Assembly (NCBI GenBank): GCA_030248215.1
Contig: JASANG010001414.1
Location: 62,001-126,000 of the forward strand
Direction of reading: 5' to 3'
Origin: Enoplolaimus lenunculus
Lineage: Eukaryota
Length of the DNA stretch: 64,000 nucleotides
Every line of letters begins with the position of its first letter. Position 1 is the stretch's first letter. Below, in pieces: positions 9,301-22,240 of the stretch. The notes under the pieces were generated by a model. The model saw only the letters and a list, made by a program, of their open reading frames with translations, was not told the origin of the DNA and did no database searches. Both the position numbers and the translations under genes were made by a program.

Positions 9301-12300
9301 TTTCACCTGCAGCGGTACTAGAACTACCCTGCATCGGTGGTTGTGCAGAACGCGAACCGGGATTCACGTTAAAGATAGTTTAGGCCAATGCTGTAAGTTG
9401 ACGCTGAACGGCTAAATGAAGAAAGTTGAGTCAACTAAAAATTAATAAAAACAGAACGTTGTTAACTTTTAAAATAACAAAATGATAAAGTTACCTTAAA
9501 GATAAACACTATAGTCCAAATGATCTGAATCGTAGCAAGTCTGCATAATAATTAACAAGAGCGTGCAACATGGTGCGACAGGATATTAATTTTTTACCGG
9601 AACATGAACCGGATGTTGGCTGAGTTTATGAAATCCCACTTACGGTAAACACTTAACACGCTGACTAAATTTGATATATTATTATACATTTCCGTACAGG
9701 TATACTAACCTTGGTCTAATTGAAATTTATTGTACACTCATGTTGTTTTCTTAACATACAGCGGTTTATTTGTTTTAGCTTAAAAAGTTAAGAATTTACT
9801 TAAATTGGCGACATAAGTAATTACTTAAGTATCACTGAAGTAAAGTTTCAGAAACCCAGCCATTGTATACGTTAACATAATTTATTACTCTCTGTATTTT
9901 CAGCGTGCTCAAGGTTTTTGTCCGTTATAAAGTTCATAATTGCTGCTGATAAACTTAAATTATTTAATGCAAAAATGCGTTTAACCACTTGTAAAAAGCA
10001 GTTTTACGATATTCGGCACCACAACTGTAAATATCCGGTATCCGGCAGCAGGGTGTAACCGGAATTCCGATTCAGATTATAATTCCGATTCAAAACGAGG
10101 TCCGATTACGATTCCGATTGCACAGTCAAACGGAATCGAAATTTTGACCTTTTAATTTTAGGCGTACTTGTTGTGATATGTTGCATAAAATTCTGCATCA
10201 TTTATATATTAAATTGTTTTCGAACAGTTAACTTATCAATAATTTTTCATTTATAATGCACACGTAACAACTTCGTCGTTTTAAGAATATAAACGGAGTA
10301 TGCATGACAGGGTGCAACTGGAACTACAATTTAGACGAAACCGGAATTTGAAAAAATTACCGGAACCAGAACCGGAAAATGAAAAATACATGGCACCGAA
10401 AAATTCATTTTAATTTACTTTTTTGCAATATTATTGGTGAAACAATCCTAGTTGGAGATTAGGTATTCACTTTATCTACTGTATTTTAGATTTTCTTGAT
10501 CCACGGAAGCGAAATCTACCTTCTGCCTTCAATGGTTTATTTTCAGCGATTGCCAAAGTTTGGATACTATACAAATAAAATCTATTTAATTTTATCGTCA
10601 TTTTTAGTAAAACATCTTAATCCACAAACCAAATTTTAATACCGGAATTTTTAATTCGGGTAAAAATTTAAGAATACTGTTTACTGAAAATTTTGACCCC
10701 ACTCTCAATAAGTAAGGGGGTAGCCCATTGCATCCTTTTCTACACAGAATGTACCCAGTTGCATGCTATATCATGCATCTTTGGTATTACCAAGAGTGGA
10801 TGATCACTCTTTATAACAAGTGTGTGCAACTGGGTACATTCTGTGTACAAAAGAATGTGCTCGGCACGCGTTGCGTTTTTGGCCTACTAATCCTTATTAA
10901 GGGTGGTAAGTTTGATAATTTTTTCAATTTTACACGTTAAAATATTGCAGTTGTAAACTAACTCCATTTATAATTTTAAAAACATGCGCATTCTACATTT
11001 CAAACATCAACTGCCCCCTCTAAATAAGGGGGGGCGGCCAAAACTGCAACGCGCGGTGGTATATTTTGTACCACACAATTTTCTGTAGTTTTGCACACTT
11101 TTGTTAGACTGATCATCTACTCTTGGTATTACCAACCTACATGATAACCAATCTTTAACTATTGAACTCTGACTATTACGTCAAGAACAAATTAACAATG
11201 TCTAATAAATGTAGCTTTGTTACTTTTGGGCTTGTAACATTCGAAAAGCTATCACTGGTTCCTTTTGAACGATCCATACTAATCGGTATCCTGTGCAAGT
11301 AGCCAAAACCAATATCACATCCTAGGCTGAAAAAAGTACACAGGTAAAATTTGGTGTTTGTAAAAGTTTAGCAAGCGTTAGACAAATAAAATGATACTTA
11401 AACATTACTGTTAAAACTAAAAGTATCTTTACCCTAAAAATTACTGCACCGATATGTCAGTAGAAAACGTCAAAACTTTTCAAAATGCAATTATTTGCAC
11501 GTCTAACAACTAACTACTCTTCTTCCATGTGCTAAGGATAGTGACACTTTGAAGTCAGCGTCAAGTTATAACAAATAATTTATTGGCTTTTTCGTGGGCT
11601 GACCAAGCAAAGATTCAAGTAAATACGAATTTGGAATACTTTTTAAACAGAGTGGCTAGCATTTCCGTAAGCAAACTTTAAATATAACCAAGGTATAAAG
11701 AAAACAAGTTGATAGTTTAAGAACGTGCTGTTACATTGGTTCTAATTATATTTACAAAATATTATTGCAATCAGAAAGTAGCAGGTTGAACATGTATGTG
11801 TTAGAAGCAGCTGAACAGTGAATTATGTAGCCGTATCAACAAGAATCATACATAACCAGTTGTGTGGCGAAGGAAACCAAAGATATTGCTTTGGCTAATG
11901 GAAGGCAATATATTTGTCTAGCCCTACTACTTCTAAATATATGAACTTACTTCGTGAAGTACAGATTCGGCGCCTATTATATAATCTTTATTTGACAACA
12001 GGCCCGCTTTCTCAGCTGGAGAGTTACACTGCACGTCCTAGAATCAAATTATAGTAATTAATGCATTTCTACTCGCTGTAACTTCACAAATGAAACGTAA
12101 AAGTTAAGAATGATACAAAATTTGTACTTACAACAGCTAGAAATTCATTTTTAAATTCCTATGCTAACATTCGTGGACTGCAAAGCAAGTCTGAGTAACT
12201 GAGCATACTGAGCAATTATGTAATTCACTCCCCAAATAAATCAGTGTCTTTCAAAATACACCTATGGTTGCCCTTTTCATAAATTTCTGAGAGAGCGAGA

Positions 12301-15125
12301 CTCGAAGCTATAATCTCTGGAAAAGAAAAACTCTTACAACCACATGTCAATGTGTACAAGTGATTGGAAAAGAACTTTTTTCTAGTATACCTCTGCAGTT
12401 TGAAATGTTGCTCCCAGCTTAACATAACTAGTCTAATTAAAACCACTCACTAAAACGTGCCAAACATTTTCGTTAGCGCCTTCAAACGAGCAGAATCTAA
12501 TAGAAACACCCAACAGACCTTGACCACCCCAATTACGTGAAGGAGTTATCTGTGTTTCTCGCACTGTTTGCGATTTACTATTATAAACTGTTATTTTCAA
12601 CGGTTTGTCAGTATAATTTTTCAAATAATCTTTGAACGTATCATCGTCTTTGTCCTAAAATATTAAATTTAAAAATTCAAAGTTCTGAAGCCATTCAGTA
12701 CATAATGAAATTCTAATTATATATTGCAGCTATGATCGCAAAAATGAAATTTAACATGTAATGAATATACTTTTAAATTTAAATTTGACGTTTAAAACAG
12801 CAAATAATTCAATATCCTGCCACTTCACTGACTAAACAAAATCTTTGAAAATATATGTTTTCTTAAACGTCGAAGTATGTATACGGAAAAGATACGCTGC
12901 ACTAAGCTGTTGCACATGTCGAATTGAGCAGGGATGGGTGGTCTCAGTTAAAAAACGAGACTGAGACCGAGACTAACTACCGACACCGGCCATAAAAAGT
13001 CTCGGCCTGGGTCAATTTTTGGTCATCACCGTAAAAAATTAAAATTTTCAAAATAAATTATTGAGCGAAGCGAAGTTCGGAGTTTCGCGAAGCGTTTTAT
13101 GTTTTGTACTTGGGGTCGAAAGGTGGATATGCGTCCGTCCGTCTGTCCGTCCGAAAAGAATCTCAGGATCCGCTGAACCGATTTTGACAAACTTTTTTGT
13201 TTGAAAGCCAATTATCTTGGGGTGTTAACCTCGCGTTGGAGTTTTAAAAGTGCAAGCCGTTTAGTAGCTACAGGCTAATTTGCATAATTTATTAAGCCTA
13301 AATTAGGACTTTCCACAATATTTCACTAATTATTACAGTTAGAAGCAATCTAATATTAGAAATAAAGGTTTTTGGGTGCGAGGAATCTGCGTAGACTGTT
13401 TACAAACCTCCAAAACCGATACTTGAGCAGCTAGCTAATAGATAATTTGCATATTAGTATAGTTTATAAGCCTAAATTAGGACTTTTTAAGTATTTCATA
13501 ATTATTATGGTTAAAAGCAAAAATTGAAAAAAAGGGTTTTTAGGTGAGGAGTTTGAATAAATAGTTTACAAACATCCAAAACCGATAATTGAATAGTTAG
13601 CTAATGGCTAATTTGCATATTAGCTTAATTGACAAGAGAAAATTAGGACTTTTTAAATTATTTCAATAATCCTTAGGGTTTACTGAAGGTTTTTTTGGTG
13701 CGAGGAATCTGAATAAATTGTTTACAACCCTCCAAAACCGATAATTTAGTAGCTAGCTAATAGATAATTTGCATATAAGCATATTGATAAGCCTAAATTA
13801 GGCGTTTTTACAATGTTTCACTAATTATTAGGTTAAAGAACTAATTCACAAAAGGGTTTTGGGTGGAGGAACTAATAAATCACCTACAAACCTTTAAAAG
13901 CGATTATCGAATAGTTAGCTAATGGCTAATTTTCATATTTGCTTAATTGACGAGACAAAATTAGGACTTTTTAAATTATTTTAATAATTATTAGGGTGGC
14001 TGAAGGGTTTTTGGGTGCGAGGAATCTGAGGAAATTGCTTAAAAACCTCCAAAACCGATATATGAATAGTTAGCTAATAACTAATTTGCATATTACCTTA
14101 ATTGCAGCTTACATGTGTTCGAGCTTCGCTCAATAAATGTAGTCCCACTACGACTGGTTTCTAATGGGCTCTTCGCAGTTTTTTGTGTTTTTCATAGTTG
14201 TTTTGTGTTTTTCAGAACATCTGCTTATAATTATTGCATAACTATGAAAATTCATAGATTCACAGCGGAATTTTATTTATCAGATATCACTTACTACAAT
14301 ATAGTGGTATATTTGCTGAATTATCAACGTCCGGTCTCAGTTCCATAAACCTCCAAGACCGAGACCAAGACTCCCATCCCTCGACTTGACCACATAAAAG
14401 CATAAACATGAATTACCAAACGTTGATTTTCAACAGCTACAATAAAATCGAAGAACGCTTCAAGCCCAGCACCTTCTCCCGGAGAACCATCTTGAACCTA
14501 CATCCAAATAAAACTAGTTTCCTTTCATATCTGATTTACAGCCTAACAAACTCTGTGGAACGGTTTAAAATTCACAGAAAAATAAATACATAAATAAATA
14601 AAATATATATTATATATCAAGGTAGTATATTTCATTAAACAAATTTCTGCAATACAACTCTGATCCGAGTGCAAGCTATGTCACGTTACTAACGTTTTCT
14701 ACGCAGGCATAACAATATCAGGGTATATATCAGGGATATATCTAGTTCCGGTTTAATATCCGACATCCGTATACGGAACATAAAAACGTTTTAGAGTGGA
14801 AATACTAGGTATGTTTTGTGACTGCATTTCCGAGAAAGTTTAGTAGCTTAAGTTTTTGACACTGAAGTAAAATGAAAAATCCAATATACATTTGCACCAC
14901 TCAAATATAAGGAAGTGTCCATACCAAAATTTTAGCCCATGCCGACTAGCCTACTCTTACTTTGAAAACGTGCCGATGCCGAACCGATGCCGATTTCAAT
15001 TTTTATTCGGTCGATGTTTTCACTTTTAGTTATTGAGTTTGAAATAAGTCACGATCACTCACCCTTAAAACATGATAACCCTCCGATCCACCACCGGGAA
15101 TTGGAACACTTTCACTTGAACCCAT
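6321..15125 (-). CDS. GORASP2: Golgi reassembly-stacking protein (GRASP55/GRASP65 family), multi-exon
   Basis: Exons with GT-AG borders: 15125-15063 [21 protein letters not shown]; 14497-14417 [27 protein letters not shown]; 12654-12451 ...[32 protein letters not shown]; 12037-11951 [29 protein letters not shown]; 11326-11224 [16 protein letters not shown]-rich tail exons at ~7944-7723 and 6659-6321. The expected exon near 11515-11620 is frameshifted; the 3' end is approximate. A single invertebrate GRASP is co-orthologous to GORASP1/2. Confidence 0.9.
7193..7414. mobile_element. Small TIR element nested in a degenerate CCGG-rich MITE (~7051-7626)
   Basis: ACTGTAGTCACCCGAATAAGAGGG is inverted to CCCTCTTATTCGGGTACCACAGT. 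Confidence 0.6.
7821..7876 (-). repeat. Coding (CAA/CAG)n polyglutamine tract in GORASP tail exon
   Basis: TGT/TGC triplet run on the + strand; reads [20 protein letters not shown]. Confidence 0.75.
10048..10660. mobile_element. Composite/nested hAT-like MITE fragments (TTCCGA and CCGGAA families)
   Basis: CAGGGTGTAACCGGAATTCCGATT at 10048 and CAGGGTGCAACTGG at 10308; homologous blocks recur at 63010-63477. Confidence 0.55.
10700..11145. repeat. Foldback/inverted-repeat element in GORASP intron
   Basis: Perfect 23-bp inverted repeat 10741-10763 / 10825-10847; 11020-11135 is a diverged inversion of 10780-10905. Confidence 0.65.
12929..14382. mobile_element. hAT-type MITE (GAGACC family) containing Helentron-like copy A
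   Basis: Starts CAGGGATGGGTGGTCTCAG and ends GACTCCCATCCCTC; degenerate TSD GAATTGAG / GACTTGAC (6/8). Confidence 0.72.
13058..14158 (+). mobile_element. Helentron-associated/DINE-1-like non-autonomous rolling-circle element, copy A
   Basis: Perfect 14-bp subterminal inverted repeat TTATTGAGCGAAGC (13058) / GCTTCGCTCAATAA (14123-14136). (GTCC/GTCT)n microsatellite at 13132-13153, internal ~160-bp tandem units, 3' hairpin GTAGT-CCC-ACTAC (14139-14151). Confidence 0.75.
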
Positions 15126-17861
15126 GTGATTTTTATTTCATGAATAAAATTTAAAATATTAGTTAGATATTATGGCGAAATATATATAACGTACATACGT
15201 TTTCTAAAACTGTAAACTACGCAGCTGCGATAATTTTAACTAGTAATAAAATATAAGAATAGTTAGATAATATAATTATGTGCCGAGTACTGGTTATCAT
15301 TTCTTCATTCGTTCTATATGGGAATTTCACTTGGCAAATTTATTTTTCTCGGCAAAAATATTGTCACCGAACATTTTTCAAACACCTAGCAATTGATCGA
15401 AAAGCGTAGAAATTTAGCGACAGAACCTTAGAAGGTGCTTGTTCAGCAAAATATTCGAACAAATTTCGCTACTAATCAAACCGAGACTATTAGTGACTAA
15501 ATTCTGCATGCCGAAATTTTCATGCCAAAGCGAACGCCACTATATACGTAGTGAGTGCATAATAGGGTGGCACTAAATCCACGAGTTGACCGAATCCGTA
15601 TTCGAATCCATTTCTAATTTGCCGAATTTGAATCCGAATCTTACATGTTGGAAATTTCAGTAATATCTATAATTTGTTTCAGAACATCAAAGCAGTGCCA
15701 GCCGTATAACTTCTAAACGTTAACATATTTCATCTCCAACGTCAATTTTGAGATTTGTGACCCGAAACAAAAATTTTTTGCAACCAAACAAGATATTTAA
15801 AATTTTTGTTGCTCAAAAATAAAAAAAATATTGCCAAACATTGTTGGATTCTATTTTTTTCACAACGGAATCCCAACCACAAATTTTTGCCGAATTCGAA
15901 TCCGAACCTTTGTTGCCACCCTGTTCCATAACCTTTCTGAAGAAAAAATGTTGGAGGCTCTAGTCTGTTCTTTCAAAGAACGAGCACTAAATTTACTTCA
16001 TATACTCACACATACGAATTAATGACAATACTGCTAAAGACAGCGAAAAATTCATACGTATCGAAAATTCAATGAAATGTAATAGACATCCGTTTATGGT
16101 GAACGTTGAGCAGAAAAACATAGCTGGTTTATTTCCGTTGGTCTCGGTTTTCGCAAAAATTTGATATATATTCGACTTTGCGCGACCAGGATATTTCAAA
16201 ATATATACCACTTACCAATGGTTCGAAAGTTTTTAATTTTTATCCAAATTTTACCCTAACACAACGGGGGCTTGGCACCCAAAATTTAGTCGTCAGAAAC
16301 CGCACGTGTTGAAAAAACAGTTTCCAGAAATAATTATTTCATTTATTATTACCATACATGGTTAAAATGAAATCGCTAGTATGGAATTATGTCGTCCAGA
16401 CAATTCAAATTATAACCTATTTTTACACTGTAGTTCAGTCTAGGATGTTTTAAAAGCAATAATTTGATGTTATTTAGGATTTGAGTGCTCTAGTAAATGT
16501 CACCACATGCAATTCCCGCTTGTCTACTTTGGTTCAACAGCACAGAAAAACAACAATTTGGCATAAATTTTTAACTATTGAAATGATTCCTTGGACCTGC
16601 TTACCACGAGTATAAGAGAAGCTACATATTTTGCAAAATTCGAAGACCTTTTACATTCTGCTAAAATTTAGACCTTATTCGTGCTTACCTGCGATCTTTA
16701 AAATGGCGGTAGTTATAGGTAACCAGGGTGAAACATATAGATATATTTGCTGTTCTCTTGATATGGTAAAGTCCTTTGTTTTTGTTTGAGCCGGAAAAAG
16801 CGAATGTCCACCCTCTTTCACTCTAGAAAAGCATGCTAGTATTACACCACTCGGTCGAGCGCAACAATTTCTTAAGAAGAGTGTTATGTTCGAATGGCAA
16901 AGCGTCCGATAGAAGATATTTGGCAACAGAAACCACTTTGAACTAGCCTTAGCACATGTTCCACGTTCGGAACTCCTAGCTATGTAGTTTATTTGCGAAT
17001 CATACATAAACTATTTTCAAACGTGTCACAAATGTACACGCTTTTCCGGAGGTATTAAATTATGTGTTGTGTACAGGCAAACAATTGGTTGAAATGCATA
17101 TGAGCAACTACTTGCAAATACGTCCTTTGTGTAAGCACAGGAGACATATTTGTCTATTAAGTGCAAATGTTGAATTGCACTGTATTGTATATTTGCCGGC
17201 AGCATACGTGTCGACATAGCTTGGATGAGAAAATCAGTTGAATGGGCGGACTATATGGCGCGGTGACAGAGGGTTGTTAGGGTGCAGGTGAAGTTGATCC
17301 CGTGTACGCTGTTTTAAGCTGTTCAGTTAAGGCTGATCGGTTTTACTTACTACAATCCGCATTGTTAGACAAATTAGTTAGTGTAGCAATCCTGCTCAGG
17401 TAGCTGGTGGGCTTTTTAAGATAATAGTACAATGTAGGCGGTAAGATGAGCCAATTTAATATTAACAGAAAAAAGGCAAAATTGATTAACGCCAATAAAA
17501 TATATTATATGAATGATAATAATATATTTCATACAATTTTGCTTCAACTTTCTCTCCGACAAATTGTTTACTTCCGGTTTCATATGAAGTTCAAAATATA
17601 GGAACCCATGTCTACAAGGTTTGCTTAGAGACGGGAAAAATCAGATACTATAATGTTAAATTCGCAAATTTTGCATTAAACATTGCCAATTATTTGTCGG
17701 TAGCTCTTTCTCGCATGTATAAAATTAGACAGTGGAAGGAACATTAAATGCTACTGACTTTTGATTTAGAACTGAAGCTGACCCTTCCTAAACATGGGCC
17801 CGTGTTAACCTCGCTACCGTCCAAAATTCCACCATCCCCTCACAAGAACTTGAGGTAAGGG

Positions 17862-18146
17862 GAAGGCGGAATTTTTAATATCGGAATACGGTCGAAGGTG
17901 GGATTTTGGGATTTCAGGATAAGGTCGAAGATGGATTTCGGGATATGGTCGAAAATGGGGTTTTGAGATTTCGGAATATCGTCGAAGGTGGGATTTTGGT
18001 TCAGGATACGGTCGATAGTGGTATTTTGGGATATTGTCGAAGGTGAAATTTTAGGATTTCAGGATATGGTCGAAGGTGGGATTTTAGGATTTCGGGATAT
18101 GGTCGGAGGTGGGATGTTTCGAATTGGATATGGTCGAAAGTGGGAT
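17862..18146 (+). repeat. ~30-bp minisatellite (GGATATGGTCGAAGGTGGGATTTTAGGATTTC-like), ~9 degenerate units
   Basis: Direct tandem repeats visible without unique spacers. Confidence 0.85.
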
Positions 18147-18241
18147 GCTCCTGAAGCATACGCCTAAGATTTAGCCAAAGGGTCATTTAACACTTAATCT
18201 GTGTTTTTAAACCATCTAAGATTTAGTCCAAGGGTCATTTA

Positions 18242-18553
18242 CAACGTGCAACCGGAATTCCCGTTCCGGCATAGAAACCCGGTATTTTTCACTATCCGGT
18301 TCCGGAAAAAATCCGGTATTTTTTCACCGGAATTTTCCGTATTGAGAAATTTTCTCATTCGAAATGTAAAAAACTGACATATATTATGCAAACTTATTTT
18401 TCTAAAACTGTCTGAGCGTTGTTTGCACCGTTAAAAGCGATAAAATAGCGTTAAAATGAATTTTTTGCTAACAAGAATTTTTTGTTTTTCGGTTCCGGCT
18501 CCGGTATTTTTTAACTTTCCGGTTCCGGTATTTTATAACCCCGTTGCACCCTG
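18242..18553. mobile_element. hAT-type MITE, same family as 34258-34698
   Basis: Ends CAACGTGCAACCGG / CCGTTGCACCCTG; perfect 8-bp TSD GTCATTTA (18234-18241, 18554-18561). Confidence 0.85.
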
Positions 18554-18906
18554 GTCATTTAAGATCTAAGCTTGGTTTAAACCAAATCCTATTCCTAAAG
18601 CCTTTATGCCTTGCTATATGCTGTTCTTGTCAAGCCCAGGCCTAAGCTTAAGCCTAAGTCTATTTGGCTACGGCACCTCTAAAATTTACATCTAAGCTTA
18701 CGCCAGACCCTACGCCTAAGCGCCTAATTCTATTTACGCTATTTTATCGCGTATGATGTAAACGCACCAGGTTGCCAAAATTCTGAATCAAACACATTGA
18801 AAACTTTGGCAATACACGCTCAGACAATTGTAATAGCAAAATTGCGGTGAAAAAATACCGGATTTATTACTAGAACCGCATAGGGAACACTACCGGAACC
18901 ACAGTT

Positions 18907-21900
18907 TAAGTTTAAGTCCGAAGCGCTCGTTTGCCGAACACCCCGGGTTTTATTAAAAGGATAAACCACATTTACATCAACGAAAGCAATTATATAAACC
19001 AAAGAAGGCAACAACATATTATCATAACATAACAAAGGTCCTTGAAAATTACCCATTATTCTACTCTGCTTGCAAGGATATTATTCAGAGCAAATATGTT
19101 AAAAAGCACACAAGAAACCTAGTTTCAAAACAAACTACAAATCAGGTACGCTGAGAAAAAGACATTCGAAAACCCAGCATGCTATCATTCTGTCGGGTTA
19201 TTGTTCCAAAAACCTTAAAAAAACATTCTTCTTTTAGATACAGCTTAAGTTTGCACAAATTTCTATAAACATTTTCCTGAAAAACATCAACAACACAGAC
19301 ATTTTCATTGTTAAACTCGAGTTTACATCGAGCACTCCATATTGCCAATTGTGCATGTTGGACGATGAAATTAAAAGCTATTCTCTTTAATGGGTCGTGA
19401 ATATTTCGTCCCAAAATTAAATCCGAAATCGTTATTTCATTTACTCCAGCTACCTGTTGCAAAAAGGGAGTAATGAAAAAACTAATTTCTTGCGCCCGCA
19501 AACAATAAATAAACACATGAACATTATCCTCCCGCACTTCAATTCCATCCAAATAACAAAACGAACATATATTTGTCCCATCTGTAAAATGACTAGTGCG
19601 GTGATTAGTATACAATGACTTGTGTCTTAACCTAAAATGGACGTCTCGCGCAGAGCCGTCAACATATTTCGCTTTTGCCCATATCCATGATCGCTCGACA
19701 AAAATAGGTTCAACTCCTAGCTCGTCTCGCCAAAAAACATGTTTAGGATGCATGAGTCCTTTATACACAGCGTGTATCCACATTTTATACAATTTATTTG
19801 CCGACACTGTTTTTAAGGATAACTTTTCGCCAAAAAACCAACAAAAATTTCCATCCATTTTAAAAGATGACTCAATCATTGCAATCCGTATCTCTTTATA
19901 TAACTCCGGTACATCAATGCGTCTCAGTTGACGTTTAGTCGAAAACTGAACTTGCCGAAAGAAATGTTCGAAACATCTCTTCCAACTCACAACTTCGGTA
20001 CCTCTTAATATTCGAATATAAAACATTAAACGATTCACTTTCAGTCTGACAAAAATATTTGGGAAATTTATCCCGCCGTGACTAGGTTGTAAAAACAGGA
20101 TATCCCTTCTAATAATACTAGCGGTGGACGGGTACCACAACCACTTATAAACCACATTGATAGTTTCCTTCACTAGTTGCTCAGGGGGTGTTACTAATTT
20201 TATCAAATAATTAAACATACACAAAAAATAAATGTGAACAAGATGGATTTTTCCAAAAACAGAGATACCTCGGGGCGGTATTCGCTGTTCAAGACTTGCA
20301 ATTGCTTCATAGCACTTTATCCAATTTTCAGGAACATCGAGTCCCTTTGAATCAAACCAAAGGCCATAAATTTTCACTCTTTCAACAATAAAGCGTGCAT
20401 ATTGATGGGGTACAAGTGCGTTCCTTAGATCGCCCATTAATAGTATCTGTGTTTTAGTTTCCTTTAGTCGGCTGCCAGAGGCCTTTTGAAATTTTTCAAA
20501 AACATCAAAAACCACACTTATATCTGAAATCCTACTTAGAAAAATATTAGTGTCGTCGGCAAACTTAGTCACTCGGGTGTTAATGCCGTATAGTGGTATC
20601 CCCGAAATTCTTGAAGTTATTCGAAGATAATGAGCTACCACTTCCGCTGTTATGACATATAATGACGGCGATAAGGGACACCCTTGTCGAATTCCACGGA
20701 AAACATGAAAAAATTCTGACTTAAAACCATTAACTATAACAGATGATCTTGTACATCCGGGTTTATAAATACATTTGATCATGTTTAAAAAGTTTTCGCC
20801 AAAATTCATGACCCTAAGTGTCTCAAAAATAAATGACCACTCCACCAAATCAAAAGCGGCTTTGTGATCAACTGATAGCAGCAACGCCTTTGCGTTGCTT
20901 TCATTGGCATAATGAATAACAGACATGACATGTGCAACACTGTCTTGGATAATTCTGTCGGGAACCGAGCTTGTCTGATCCGGGTGGACTAAAGATTTCA
21001 TGACCGATTCTAATCTTTTTGCCAAAACTTTCGTAAAAATCTTATAATCTATATTCAGCAACGTAATTGGCCGCCAATTATCGCGACACGTTTTCCTTCC
21101 ATTCCCTTTATATAATAGGGTAATAACACCATCATATGCGGAGAAATTGAGCTTAAGATCATCCAAGAACGCGTTATACATTTTACACAAAAATTCAGAT
21201 AATATTCCACAAAACAGCCAATAGAATTCAACAGGAATACCATCGTATCCCGGCGTCTTTTTACCCTGCATAGATTTAATAGCGCTCGCTATTTCAACTG
21301 ACGTAATGGGTCCCTCTAAAGTATTTTTTTCCACCTCACTCAACTTGGAAAGACCATTTTGTGCCAGAAAAAAAGTGAGATCTTCTCCGCTTATCCCTTC
21401 CGATCTGAATACGTTGGAATACTGCTCAGTAATTTCACCTAGAACTGCATCTGAGTCTGTTACTAACGTGCCATCAGACCTTTCGATCGAGCTTATATGC
21501 CTGGCTTCCCAGTTCTTACGTTGAAGAGACTTGACTGTTGCTAAAGAGGCGTTGTCATTTACCTCACTACCGTAGTACGTATTATGCCTGCAAGAAGCAA
21601 TATAAAATGCATTCAATAATTCGATTTCATTTTTTAGCTTTTTAAGACCCGATCTGAGATTCGGATTGTTTGGATACTGTCCTATCAGCATTTGTACATT
21701 AATAACTTGGCTCTCTAATGATTTCCTCAACATGTCGCGTTCCTTAGCTTTATTTTTACCCAACTTTACAAAGAAGGTTTTAACATCAGCCTTAAATACT
21801 TCCCACATCATAGAAAACCCTGTGGAAATGTTCATTAAATGTTTGAGCCGCGTTAAAACAAAGGTCTGTACGCCGACTTCACCCAAAAGCATTGTATTCA

Positions 21901-22240
21901 TCTTATAGTATCCTTTACCTCTCTTTAAATTAGGTAAGCGAATCTTAACTCTAAACAACCTATGATCTGTCTTGTTCACTGCGCGAGCGATACACAAAGC
22001 GCCCGGTTGTAAAAAAGCCGGCATATAAATCCGATCTATACGAGACTGACTTCCATGAATGTCTGAAAGAAAAGTAAAAAAGTCGTTTTTATTTGGATGT
22101 GTCTCCCTAAAAACATCAGATATCACCAACAGTTCCTTCAAACAATAAAGCTCTCTCAGGCCTTGCTGCTGATCATATGACGGCCGTGATCGGTCCAAAA
22201 CCGGGTCCTCAACTAAGTTAAAATCACCCAACATAATAAC
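18907..22240 (-). mobile_element. L1/Tx1-clade LINE copy 2, 5'-truncated within the EN domain, apparently complete 3' end
   Basis: Reverse complement nearly identical to 1710-4938. It continues into a further 3'UTR with AATAAA (~18948-18953) and a short (CTTAAA)2 tail. The 5' junction is at 22240 (GTTATTATGTTGGGTGAT = VIMLGD). Confidence 0.93.
19142..22240 (-). pseudogene. 5'-truncated ORF2 (RT intact, EN N-terminus missing) of LINE copy 2
   Basis: Open frame matching ORF2 from VIMLGDFN to the stop. The first residues of the tracked ORF (MLDRVQP) come from flanking MITE/host DNA. Confidence 0.88.

Noticed and set aside
15400..17750. Possible additional gene upstream of GORASP (AAAATGGCGG and CTTACCTG motifs near 16684-16708)
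   Set aside because: No recognisable protein similarity or consistent exon chain; insufficient support.
17862..18146. ~30-bp repeats resembling a CRISPR array
   Set aside because: Head-to-tail degenerate units with no unique spacers, eukaryotic context and no cas genes; it is a minisatellite.
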